DNA from: Bacillota bacterium
Lineage (GTDB): Bacteria; Sysuimicrobiota; Sysuimicrobiia; Sysuimicrobiales; Segetimicrobiaceae
DNA length: 64,000 bases
Direction of reading: 5' to 3'
NCBI GenBank assembly: GCA_021324295.1
Contig: JAJPJJ010000032.1
Span: 12,919 to 76,918, forward strand
Positions 37,894 to 46,319 of the stretch are shown one piece after another. Numbering within the stretch: the first letter of the stretch is position 1; every line of letters starts with the position of its first letter. The notes under the pieces were generated by a model, which had not been told where the DNA came from, searched no databases, and saw nothing but the letters and a program-made list of their open reading frames with translations. The translations under genes and the position numbers were made by a program.

Positions 37894-38769
37894 ATGCTCG
37901 CCCTGCTGCCGCAGCTCGTGCTGACCGGGCTCACCGTCGGGAGCATCTACGCGCTCGTCGCCCTCGGCTTCGTCGTGATCTACAACGTCACAGGGATCCT
38001 GAACTTCGCGCAGGGCGAGTTCCCGATGCTGGGCGCGCTGCTGTGCGCCTCGCTGCTCGCCGGGGGGCTCTCCGTCCCCCTCGCCGCGGTCGCCGCGGTG
38101 GCGGCGGTCTGCGTCCTCGGGGCGCTCGTGGAGCGGCTGGCCGTGGAGCCGGCGTACGGGAGCCACCCGCTCACGCTGATCATCATTACCTTCGGCGTCT
38201 CGATGGCGTTCCGGGGTCTCGCCCTGATGGTCTGGGGCGCCGACCCGTACACGCTGCCGGAGTTCACGCCGGGCGCCCCGCTCGTGCTGTTGAGCGGGGT
38301 CCTCACCCGCCAGGCGGTCTGGGCGATCGGCCTGTCCCTCGCCGTCGTCGCCGCGCTGTTCCTGTTCTTCGCGTGCACGGTCCCGGGCGCCGCGGTCCGG
38401 GCGTGCGCCGACAACCCGTTCGCCAGCCGGCTCGTGGGCATCAGCCCGCGGCGGACGTCCCTGTTCGCGTTCACGCTGAGCGCCGGGCTCGGGGCGGTCG
38501 CAGGCATCGTGATCGCCCCCATCACCGGCGCCACCTATGACATGGGGCTGGGGCTCGGGCTCAAGGGGTTCGTCGCGGCGGTGATCGGCGGGCTGACCAA
38601 CGCGCCGGCCGCGGTCGTCGGCGGCTACCTCGTGGGGCTCATCGAGGCGCTCGCGACCGGCTTCCTCACACCCGGGTACAGCGGGGCGATCACGTTTCTC
38701 GTGCTCCTCCTCGTCCTGTTCCTCCAGCGGGAAGGGCTGCTCCATGGCGCCCAGCGCAGGCGGGCCTGA
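37894..38769 (+). CDS. livH: Branched-chain amino-acid ABC permease (LivH-like)
   Basis: …LTVGSIYALVALGFVVIYNVTGILNFAQGEF… is a canonical LivH N-terminus; eight TM helices. Confidence 0.85.
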   Translation: MLALLPQLVLTGLTVGSIYALVALGFVVIYNVTGILNFAQGEFPMLGALLCASLLAGGLSVPLAAVAAVAAVCVLGALVERLAVEPAYGSHPLTLIIITFGVSMAFRGLALMVWGADPYTLPEFTPGAPLVLLSGVLTRQAVWAIGLSLAVVAALFLFFACTVPGAAVRACADNPFASRLVGISPRRTSLFAFTLSAGLGAVAGIVIAPITGATYDMGLGLGLKGFVAAVIGGLTNAPAAVVGGYLVGLIEALATGFLTPGYSGAITFLVLLLVLFLQREGLLHGAQRRRA

Positions 38770-38801
38770 TACAGCCCGGCAGCCGCTTCCCGGCAGAGGC
38801 A

Positions 38802-38843
38802 GGGGGTGTGGGGTCTGTCCTTCGCTCCAGCCCCCACACCCCC
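38802..38843 (+). repeat. Perfect 12-bp G/C-rich inverted repeat (stem-loop) inside the liv operon, between livH and livM
   Basis: gggggtgtgggg at 38802-38813 and ccccacaccccc at 38832-38843, separated by an 18-nt loop. Confidence 0.35.
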
Positions 38844-38936
38844 TCCCACCCGCCGCCAGCCTAAGGCGAGCGTGTGGCAGCGCGATGTCGCCGGCGGCCG
38901 GCCGCAGCCGGAGCAGGGTCGAGGTTCGGTGATCCG

Positions 38937-40007
38937 ATGAGCGGGGAGCGCCTGGGGCTGGCCGCCCTCGCCGTGGCGCTCGCGGCGGTGCCGGCCCTCG
39001 CCCCCACCGCCTACGTCGTCACCCTCCTCAACGTCATCGGCCTGTACGCGATCGTCACCCTGGGCCTCATCCTGCTCGGATGCAGCGGACAGGTGTCGCT
39101 CGGGCAGGCCGCGTTCTACGGCCTGGGCGCGTACACCTCGGCGCTGCTCAGCCGGGACCTGGGATGGCCCCCCGCGGCGACCATCCCGCTCGCGCTCGGG
39201 CTCGTGGCCGGGACCGCCTACGTGGTGGGGGTGCCGACGCTGCGGCTGGCCGAGCACTTCTTCGTGCTCGCCACGCTCGGCGTCGGCATCATCGTCAACG
39301 TGCTGATGGTGCAGCTCGTGCCGCTCACGGGCGGGGCGAGCGGGCTGCGCGATATCCCCGGCCTCGCGCTGCCGGGCGTCCGCATCACCACGGACCGCCA
39401 GTTCTACTACCTCATCTGGACGCTCGTCTTCGTCACCCTCATCCTCGCGCGCAACATCACGTCCCACCGCACCGGCCGCGCCCTGCGTGCCATCCTCGGG
39501 AGCGAGGTCGGCGCCGCCGCGCTCGGGGTCGAGGTCTCCCGGTACAAGATGCACGTCTTCGTGCTGAGCGCCGTCTACGCCGCGCTCGCCGGCGCGCTGT
39601 ACGCCCACTACATCCGGTTCATCTCCCCCTCGCCGTTCTCGCTGTACGCGTCGCTGTTCTTCCTCATCATGGCGGTCGTGGGCGGCCTGACGAACATCTG
39701 GGGAGGCCTGCTGGGCGCGGCGGCGGTGACGATCCTCGACCAGATCATCCGGGCGGAGGTACCGCGCGTCTTCCCCCGCGTGGGAGGCGAGTACCAGACG
39801 GCGATCTACGGCATCCTCCTCGTGCTCATCATGATCTTCTTCCCCTCGGGCATCGTCCGCGGGGCGCTGGACCTGCGGCGGCTGCTCGTCCGCAGCGCCG
39901 CCCGCCCTGCCCCGGTCCCCGCCGGCGCCCAGGATCCGCCCACGCTCGGCGACCCGCCGCCCGTGGCGCCCCGGGCCAAGCCCGCCGACGGCGGAGGTGG
40001 GATGTGA
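38937..40007 (+). CDS. livM: Branched-chain amino-acid ABC permease (LivM-like)
   Basis: ATG 38937 verified in sequence. …YVVTLLNVIGLYAIVTLGLILLGCSGQVSLGQAAFYGLGAY… is LivM-like. The track ORF from 38874 adds an Arg-rich extension. Confidence 0.8.
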   Translation: MSGERLGLAALAVALAAVPALAPTAYVVTLLNVIGLYAIVTLGLILLGCSGQVSLGQAAFYGLGAYTSALLSRDLGWPPAATIPLALGLVAGTAYVVGVPTLRLAEHFFVLATLGVGIIVNVLMVQLVPLTGGASGLRDIPGLALPGVRITTDRQFYYLIWTLVFVTLILARNITSHRTGRALRAILGSEVGAAALGVEVSRYKMHVFVLSAVYAALAGALYAHYIRFISPSPFSLYASLFFLIMAVVGGLTNIWGGLLGAAAVTILDQIIRAEVPRVFPRVGGEYQTAIYGILLVLIMIFFPSGIVRGALDLRRLLVRSAARPAPVPAGAQDPPTLGDPPPVAPRAKPADGGGGM

Positions 40008-40804
40008 GCGGGGCCCTGCTCGAGGCGCAGGACCTCAGCCGGCGGTTCGGGGGCGTCGTCGCGCTGCGGCGGGTGAGCTTCGCCGTGGCGCCGCAGGAGA
40101 TCGTCGCGGTGATCGGACCGAACGGCGCGGGCAAGACGACGCTCTTCAACGTGGTCACAGGGCTGCTGGCGCCGACGGCGGGCCGGATCCGGTACCGCGG
40201 GGCCGACCTCGCCGGGCTGTCCCCGGCCCGGATCGCGGCGCTCGGAATCATCCGGACCTTCCAGAACCCGATGGTCTTCGGCGAGATGACGGTCGCGGAG
40301 AACGTGATGGTCGGCTGCCACCGGTGGACGCGGACCGGGCTGCTCGCCGCCGCGCTCGCACTGCCCGGGGCGATCCACGAAGACCGCCTCGTCTCCCGCG
40401 CGGCGCTCGAGGCGCTGGTCCTCGTCGGCCTGCGGGATCGCGCCGCGGATCCCGCCCGCGATCTGCCGGCCGGCCAGCAGCGCCTGCTGGAGATCGCCCG
40501 CGCGCTCGCAGCCCGCCCCACGCTGCTGCTCCTCGACGAGCCCACGGCGGGCCTGAGCGCCGGGGAGGCGCGCCACTTGGTCGAGGTCATCCGGCGGCTC
40601 CGGGCCGACGGCATCACGTTCATCGTCATCGAGCACAATATGGACGTCGTGATGGAGGCCGCCGATCGCGTCATCGTGCTCGACTACGGGGAGAAGATCG
40701 CGGAGGGGACGCCGCCGGAGATTCAGCGCGATCCGCGCGTCATCGCCGCCTACCTCGGCGAGGAGCCGGATGCGGTGCCGGCGGCCGGGGTGAGCCTGCC
40801 GTGA
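40004..40804 (+). CDS. livG: Branched-chain amino-acid ABC ATP-binding protein (LivG-like)
   Basis: GTG 40004 overlaps the livM stop as GTGA. Walker A GPNGAGKTT, signature …LPAGQQRLLEIARALA…, Walker B LLLLDEPTAGL. Confidence 0.85.
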   Translation: MSGALLEAQDLSRRFGGVVALRRVSFAVAPQEIVAVIGPNGAGKTTLFNVVTGLLAPTAGRIRYRGADLAGLSPARIAALGIIRTFQNPMVFGEMTVAENVMVGCHRWTRTGLLAAALALPGAIHEDRLVSRAALEALVLVGLRDRAADPARDLPAGQQRLLEIARALAARPTLLLLDEPTAGLSAGEARHLVEVIRRLRADGITFIVIEHNMDVVMEAADRVIVLDYGEKIAEGTPPEIQRDPRVIAAYLGEEPDAVPAAGVSLP

Positions 40805-41544
40805 CCGCGCCGCTGCTCGAGGTCTGCGGCATCAGGACCCGCCGCGGGGGCATCGAGGTCCTCCACGGGATCGATCTGGACGTCCGCGCGGGCGAGATCG
40901 TCGCGGTGATCGGCCCGAACGGCGCCGGAAAGTCCACCCTCCTCGGCACGATCGCCGGCGTGTTTCCGCCGGCGGGCGGCCGCGTGCGCCTGGCGGGTCA
41001 CGATCTCGGCCGGCGGGCAGCGGAGGAGATCGTGCGGATGGGAGTCTGCCTGGTCCCCGAGCGGCGGCAGATCTGGAGCGGCCTGACCGTCCGGCAGAAC
41101 CTGCTCCTGGGCGGGTACCACCGATACTGGCGCGATCGGGCGGGTGTGCGGGCGGATGTCGCGCGGCCGCTCCGGATCTTCCCGAAGCTGGCGGAGCTGA
41201 TCCACCGCGCCGGCGGGCATCTCAGCGGCGGTGAACAGCAGATGCTGGCGATCGCGCGGGGGCTGATGTCCCGGCCCCGCGTCCTGCTGCTCGACGAGCC
41301 CTCGCTCGGGCTCGCCCCGCGCGTCGTCCGGGAGATCACGCAGACGCTGGAGCAGCTGCGCCGGGCGGAGGGGCTCGCGGTCGTGCTCGTGGAGCAGAAC
41401 GTGAAGGCCGCGATGCTCGTCGCCGACCGGGTCTGCGTGATGGAGCGGGGCCGGATCGTGCTCCGCGGTCGGCCGGCGGAGCTGCTCGCGCATCCCGGTG
41501 TCCGCTCGGCCTACCTCGGCAAGGGATACGAGGTGGCGGGGTGA
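40801..41544 (+). CDS. livF: Branched-chain amino-acid ABC ATP-binding protein (LivF-like)
   Basis: GTG 40801 overlaps the livG stop as GTGA. Walker A GPNGAGKST, signature LSGGEQQMLAIARGL, Walker B LLLDEPSLGL. Confidence 0.85.
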   Translation: MTAPLLEVCGIRTRRGGIEVLHGIDLDVRAGEIVAVIGPNGAGKSTLLGTIAGVFPPAGGRVRLAGHDLGRRAAEEIVRMGVCLVPERRQIWSGLTVRQNLLLGGYHRYWRDRAGVRADVARPLRIFPKLAELIHRAGGHLSGGEQQMLAIARGLMSRPRVLLLDEPSLGLAPRVVREITQTLEQLRRAEGLAVVLVEQNVKAAMLVADRVCVMERGRIVLRGRPAELLAHPGVRSAYLGKGYEVAG

Positions 41545-41569
41545 GCGCGCGAGACGGCAGGGGCGCACG

Positions 41570-42565
41570 GTGAGCGCCGGGCGCGAGGCGGCGCCGGGGG
41601 ACCGCGACCGGGCCCGGGTGTTGATCGTCGGGTGCGGCGCGATCGGCGGCATCTACGCGGCGCGGCTCGCCCGGGTGGCGGACGTCTGCGTGCTGGACGT
41701 CTGGAGGGAGCACGTCGAGACGATCCGGGCCCGGGGGCTGCGCCTCGTGGTCCGGACGGAGGACGTCGCCGAGACCCTGACCGCGTACCCCTCCGCCGCC
41801 GCGGAGCCCGCGGCCCTCCCGCCGGGGCCGTGGAGCCACGCGCTCGTCGCGGTGAAGGGACCCGAGACGCGCGCGGCGCTGCGCGGGCTCGCGAGCCGCC
41901 TCGGCGGGGCGATCGTGCTGACGATCCAAAACGGGCTCGGCAACGCGGAGACGATCGCGGCCGCGTGCGACGCGCCGGTCTGCCAGGGGGTGACGATGAA
42001 CGCGGGCGAGGCGGCCGGCCCGGGCGAGATCCTCCAGACCGAGATCGGCCGGACGTGGCTCGGGCCCCACCGCGCCAGCCTCGAGGAGGCCCGGGCGTGG
42101 GGCGCGCTGCTGCGCCGGGCCGGCATGGCGGCCGATGTCCTCGAGGATCCGCGCGGAGCTGTGTGGGCCAAGCTGATCTTCAACTCCGCGGTGAACCCGC
42201 TCCCGGTGCTCACCGGCCTTCGCCTCTCGGAGGTCTACGCGGACCCGCACACGTACGCGCTCCTCCGCACGCTCGTGGAGGAGGGCACCGCCGTCGCCGC
42301 CGCGCTCGGGATCTCGCTGCCGCACGATCCGATGGCGGTGATCGACGCGCACCGGGCGCTGGGATCCGCCCACGCGCACGTCGGCTCGATGAAACAGGAC
42401 ATCGACCGGGGGCGGCCGACCGAGATCGAGACGCTCACCGGCGCGATCGTGGCCGCGGCCGATCGCGCGGGCGTGCCCGCGCCGGCGCTGCGCACGGTGT
42501 ACCGCCTCGTCAAGGCGATCGAGGCGCGGAGGGCGACCTCCGCCGGCGCGCCCGTGCCGCCATGA
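41570..42565 (+). CDS. 2-dehydropantoate 2-reductase family (ApbA/PanE-like ketoacid reductase)
   Basis: GTG 41570, 25 nt after the livF stop. …RVLIVGCGAIGGIYAARLA… Rossmann motif and the …GSMKQDIDRGRPTEIETLTGAIV… C-terminal block of the KPR family. Confidence 0.75.
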   Translation: MSAGREAAPGDRDRARVLIVGCGAIGGIYAARLARVADVCVLDVWREHVETIRARGLRLVVRTEDVAETLTAYPSAAAEPAALPPGPWSHALVAVKGPETRAALRGLASRLGGAIVLTIQNGLGNAETIAAACDAPVCQGVTMNAGEAAGPGEILQTEIGRTWLGPHRASLEEARAWGALLRRAGMAADVLEDPRGAVWAKLIFNSAVNPLPVLTGLRLSEVYADPHTYALLRTLVEEGTAVAAALGISLPHDPMAVIDAHRALGSAHAHVGSMKQDIDRGRPTEIETLTGAIVAAADRAGVPAPALRTVYRLVKAIEARRATSAGAPVPP

Positions 42566-43452
42566 CGCGCCGCACGCCGCGACGCCTGCGCCCCCGCCGC
42601 GCGCAGCACGCGCCGTCCCCGCCGCGGCCGTCGCCCCGGGACGCCGGCGGGCCTCCGCGGCGGCGCTACCTCGTCAACGCGGTCGAGCGAGCGCTCGGCA
42701 TCCTCGAGCACGTCGACGGCAGCGCGCGCGGCACGGGCATCACCGAGCTGAGCCGGCGGCTCGGGCTGGGGAAGAGCACCGTGCACCGGCTCTGCGCGAC
42801 GCTCGAACACCACGGCTATCTGATCCGCGATCCCGCCACCGGCCGCTACCGGCTGAGCCTGCGCGTCTTCCAGATCGGCAGCACGGCGCTCAGCGACCTG
42901 GGCCTGCCGGCTCGCGCGATGCCCGCGCTCGAAGACCTCGGCGCCTCCGTCCAGGAGACGGTGCACCTCGCGATCCTCGACGGCAGCGAGATCGTGTTCA
43001 TCGGCAAGGTGGAGAGCTCCCGGCCGCTGGGCCTGTATTCCCGGGTGGGGCGCCGCTCCCCGGCGCACTGCACGGCGCTCGGCAAGGTGCTGCTCGCGCA
43101 CGCGGCGGCGGAGGCGCGCGCGCACGTGCTCTCCCGACCGCTCGCGCGCTACACGGCCGCGACGATCACCACGCCGCAGGCGCTGGAGCGCGCGCTGGAC
43201 GAGGTCCGCCGCCGCGGATACGCCGTGGACGACCAGGAGTTCGAGGACGGCGTTCGCTGCGTGGCCGCGCCGGTCCGCGACCACAGCGGCCGCGTCGTGG
43301 CGGCGCTCAGCGTCTCGGCGCCCGCGGGCCGGCTGCCGCGCGGCCGCGTCCCGTCCCTCGCCGAGCAGGTCGTGGCCGCCGCCCGGCGCGTCTCGCGGGA
43401 GCTCGGGTGGCTGGAGCCGCAGGCCGCGGAAGGGGCGCGCCGTGGGACGTGA
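42562..43452 (+). CDS. IclR-family transcriptional regulator
   Basis: ATG 42562 overlaps the upstream TGA as ATGA. HTH …LGILEHVDGSARGTGITELSRRLGLGKSTVHRLCATLEHHGYL… followed by an IclR effector domain. Confidence 0.8.
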   Translation: MTRRTPRRLRPRRAQHAPSPPRPSPRDAGGPPRRRYLVNAVERALGILEHVDGSARGTGITELSRRLGLGKSTVHRLCATLEHHGYLIRDPATGRYRLSLRVFQIGSTALSDLGLPARAMPALEDLGASVQETVHLAILDGSEIVFIGKVESSRPLGLYSRVGRRSPAHCTALGKVLLAHAAAEARAHVLSRPLARYTAATITTPQALERALDEVRRRGYAVDDQEFEDGVRCVAAPVRDHSGRVVAALSVSAPAGRLPRGRVPSLAEQVVAAARRVSRELGWLEPQAAEGARRGT

Positions 43453-45271
43453 CCGGGCCTGGCTGATCGGCGGCCGCACGGGCGAGGGCGTGGACTCGGC
43501 CGGCGACGTGTTCGCGCGCGCGGCGGCGCGGTGCGGGCTGGAGGTGCACACGTTCCGGCTGTTCCCGCCGATCATCAAAGGCGGGCCCACCTCCTACGAG
43601 GTGCGAATGGCCGAGCGCCCCCTCTACGCGCGCAGCGACGCGCTCGACTGCGTCATCGCGCTGGACGACGAGACCGTCGCCCGCCACGCGCCGGCGCTGC
43701 GGCCCGGCGGGCTCCTCGTCGTCGACGACCCCAGGGTCACGGCCCGCCCGGGGACGGCGCCGGACGTCGCGGTGTGGCCCGCGCCCCTCACCGCGCTGGC
43801 CCGGGAGGCAGGCGACGGCATCATGCGGAACATCGTCGCCCTCGGCGTCTCCGCCCGCCTCCTCGGCCTCGACAGGGCGGTGCTGCAGGAGACGGTCCGC
43901 GAGCGCTTCGCCGGCAAGGGCGCGCAGGTGTGCGCGCGGAACGTCGCCGCGGTGGACGCCGGGTGGCGCCACGCGGAGGCGCATCCGGATCGGTGGCCCC
44001 CCCTCGGGACGGCGGGGGGCGCGCGGGGCGCGGACGCCCGCGGCGCACCGTGCCGGATGCGGTATCTCCTGTCGGGCAACGACGCGATCGCGCTCGGCGC
44101 GCTCGCCGCCGGGTGCCGGCTGTACGCCAGCTATCCGATCACGCCGGCGAGCGACGTGCTGGAGTGGATGGCCGAGCACCTGCCGGAGGTCGGCGGCGCG
44201 GCGTTCCAGACCGAGGACGAGATCGCCGCGCTCGGCATCGTGCTCGGCGCCGGCTACGCCGGCGTGCGGGCGATGACCGCGACCTCGGGCCCCGGCCTCT
44301 CGCTGATGACCGAGACGCTCGGGCTGGCCGGGATGGCCGAGATCCCGGCCGTGATCGTCGCCGCGCAGCGCCCCGGGCCGAGCGCCGGGATGCCCACCAA
44401 GCACGAGCAGAGCGACCTGCTGCACATCGTCTTCGCATCGCACGGCGAGTTCCCCCGCATCGTGCTCGCCCCCGGGACCCTCGAGGAGTGCTTCCTCGAT
44501 ACGGCGCTCGCGTTCAACCTCGCGGAGCGGTACCAGTGCCCGGTGATCGTCGCGGCGGACCAGGACCTCGTGCTGAAGAAGCGGACGGTCACGGGCCTGC
44601 CGGTGGAGGAGGTCCGCATCGACCGGGGCGAGCGGCTGAGCGACGACGAGGCCGCCGCGCTCGGGAGGGCGTACCGACGGTACGCCCTGACCCCGAGCGG
44701 CATCTCGCCGCGCGCCGTGCCGGGGCAGCCGGGCGCGGTGTTCCTGAGCAGCGGCGACGCGCACGACGACCGGGGCGTGATCGACGTGGAGGACCCGGCC
44801 GTCCGGCGGGCGATGGTGGACAAGCGCCTGCGCAAGACGCGCGCGGTGTGGGCGGACGTCAGCGGGACCCGCGTCGAGGGAGACGGCGACCTCCTGGTCG
44901 TCTCCCTCGGCTCGCCGTGCGGCCCCGTACGGGAGGCGCTCGCGCGGTTGGCCCGGGACGGCGTGCGCGCGCGCTTCCTGCAGGTCCGGTGCCTGTGGCC
45001 GTTTCCGACGCACGAGATCGGGCCCGAGGTGGCGCGGGCCCGGCGCGTCGCGGTCGTCGAGCACAACGCGACCGGTCAGCTCGCGACGCTCGTCCTCGCG
45101 CAGGTCGGCGGGCACGGCAAGATCGCCGGGGTGCGCAAGTACGATGGGCTCCCGTTCACGCCGGGCGAGGTGGAAGGCCGCCTCCGCGAGATCATCGGCG
45201 GGGACGGCCGCATCGATCGTCTGGCTGCCGAGGTGCGGCGGTGCTCGTCTCACGACTCCGGCGCCAGCTAG
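43442..45271 (+). CDS. 2-oxoacid:ferredoxin oxidoreductase, fused gamma-alpha subunit (KorA/VorA-type)
   Basis: GTG start overlaps the iclR end by 11 nt. The N-terminal ~190 aa is a POR gamma-type domain (…LIGGRTGEGVDSAGDVFARAAARCGLEVHTFRLFPPIIKGGPTSYEVRM…). The alpha domain follows (…RYLLSGNDAIALGALAAGCRLYASYPITPASDVLEWMAEHLPEVGGAAFQTEDEIAALGIVLGAGYAGVRAMTATSGPGLSLM…). Confidence 0.8.
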   Translation: MGRDRAWLIGGRTGEGVDSAGDVFARAAARCGLEVHTFRLFPPIIKGGPTSYEVRMAERPLYARSDALDCVIALDDETVARHAPALRPGGLLVVDDPRVTARPGTAPDVAVWPAPLTALAREAGDGIMRNIVALGVSARLLGLDRAVLQETVRERFAGKGAQVCARNVAAVDAGWRHAEAHPDRWPPLGTAGGARGADARGAPCRMRYLLSGNDAIALGALAAGCRLYASYPITPASDVLEWMAEHLPEVGGAAFQTEDEIAALGIVLGAGYAGVRAMTATSGPGLSLMTETLGLAGMAEIPAVIVAAQRPGPSAGMPTKHEQSDLLHIVFASHGEFPRIVLAPGTLEECFLDTALAFNLAERYQCPVIVAADQDLVLKKRTVTGLPVEEVRIDRGERLSDDEAAALGRAYRRYALTPSGISPRAVPGQPGAVFLSSGDAHDDRGVIDVEDPAVRRAMVDKRLRKTRAVWADVSGTRVEGDGDLLVVSLGSPCGPVREALARLARDGVRARFLQVRCLWPFPTHEIGPEVARARRVAVVEHNATGQLATLVLAQVGGHGKIAGVRKYDGLPFTPGEVEGRLREIIGGDGRIDRLAAEVRRCSSHDSGAS

Positions 45272-45443
45272 AGGCGTGGGGGTGGGGCCTGCCCTCCGCT
45301 CCCAGCCGACGCGGTCTTCGCTTCGGAGCGGCGGGCGGGCGGAAATCGGCGCGCCGACCGGAGTCCGCGCCGGACAGGTCCCCGTCCCCCTCCCCGCGCC
45401 GCCACCGGATATCGGCAACGGAGCACTACCAGGGGGGCCAGCG

Positions 45444-46319
45444 ATGGCGACGGCGCTGACGTTCAAGGACTTCGCCGGGCAGAAGGCGATGTGGTGCCCG
45501 GGGTGCGGCGACTTCGCGGTCCTGCGCGCCCTGCAGGAGGCGTGCGCCCGGCTCGCCCTGCCCCCGCACCGCATCGTGCTGGTCTCCGGCATCGGCTGCT
45601 CCGGCAAGATCACGTCGTACTTCTCGTCCTACGGGTTCCACGTGCACCACGGACGGACGCTGCCGATCGCCACGGGGATCGCCCTCGCCAACCGCGACCT
45701 CGCGGTGATCGCCGCGGGCGGCGACGGAGACGGGTACGGGATCGGCCTCAACCACCTCATCCACGCGATCCGGCGCGACGTGGACCTCACCTACGTCGTG
45801 ATGGACAACGGGGTCTACGGCAACACGAAGGGCCAGACGTCCCCGACGACGGTGGCGGGGACCATCACCCCCTCGTCCCCCTCCGGGGCGGTCGAGGAGC
45901 CGGTCCACCCGCTCCGGCTCGCGCTCGCCGCCGGGATCACGTACCTCGCCCAGGGTGTGAGCAGCGACGTCCCGCAGCTCGTGCGGCTCATCGCAGGCGG
46001 CATCGAGCACCGCGGGTTCGCGCTCATCAACGTGCTGAGCCCCTGCCCGACCTACGACCGCCTGCGCACGTATCAGTGGTGGCGGGCGCGCCTCGTGAAC
46101 CTCGACGAGGAGCCGTCGTACCGCCCGGACTCGCGCGAGCTGGCGGTGGAGGCGGTCTCGAGCCGCGATGCGTCGATCGTCGGGCTCGTCTACCGGGCCC
46201 CGGGGCGGCCGTTCCAGAGCCGCCTGCCCCGCTTTCGCCCTTCGCCGCTCGCCTCCGAGCGGCTCGCGCCGGATGGGGAGCGGGCCCGGCGGATCCTCGA
46301 CGCGCGGTACGCCGTATGA
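45444..46319 (+). CDS. 2-oxoacid:ferredoxin oxidoreductase beta subunit (TPP-binding)
   Basis: ATG 45444 verified in sequence. …WCPGCGDFAVLRALQEA… and the TPP motif …GGDGDGYGIGLNHLIHAIRRDVDLTYVVMDNGVYGNTKGQ…. Confidence 0.85.
   Translation: MATALTFKDFAGQKAMWCPGCGDFAVLRALQEACARLALPPHRIVLVSGIGCSGKITSYFSSYGFHVHHGRTLPIATGIALANRDLAVIAAGGDGDGYGIGLNHLIHAIRRDVDLTYVVMDNGVYGNTKGQTSPTTVAGTITPSSPSGAVEEPVHPLRLALAAGITYLAQGVSSDVPQLVRLIAGGIEHRGFALINVLSPCPTYDRLRTYQWWRARLVNLDEEPSYRPDSRELAVEAVSSRDASIVGLVYRAPGRPFQSRLPRFRPSPLASERLAPDGERARRILDARYAV

Noticed and set aside
39997-41544. 515-aa ORF that appears to be a single ATPase gene
   Set aside because: It merges out-of-frame junk with the livF frame. Walker motifs resolve into two separate genes: livG at 40004..40804 (frame of ORF 39080..40804) and livF at 40801..41544, joined by GTGA overlaps.
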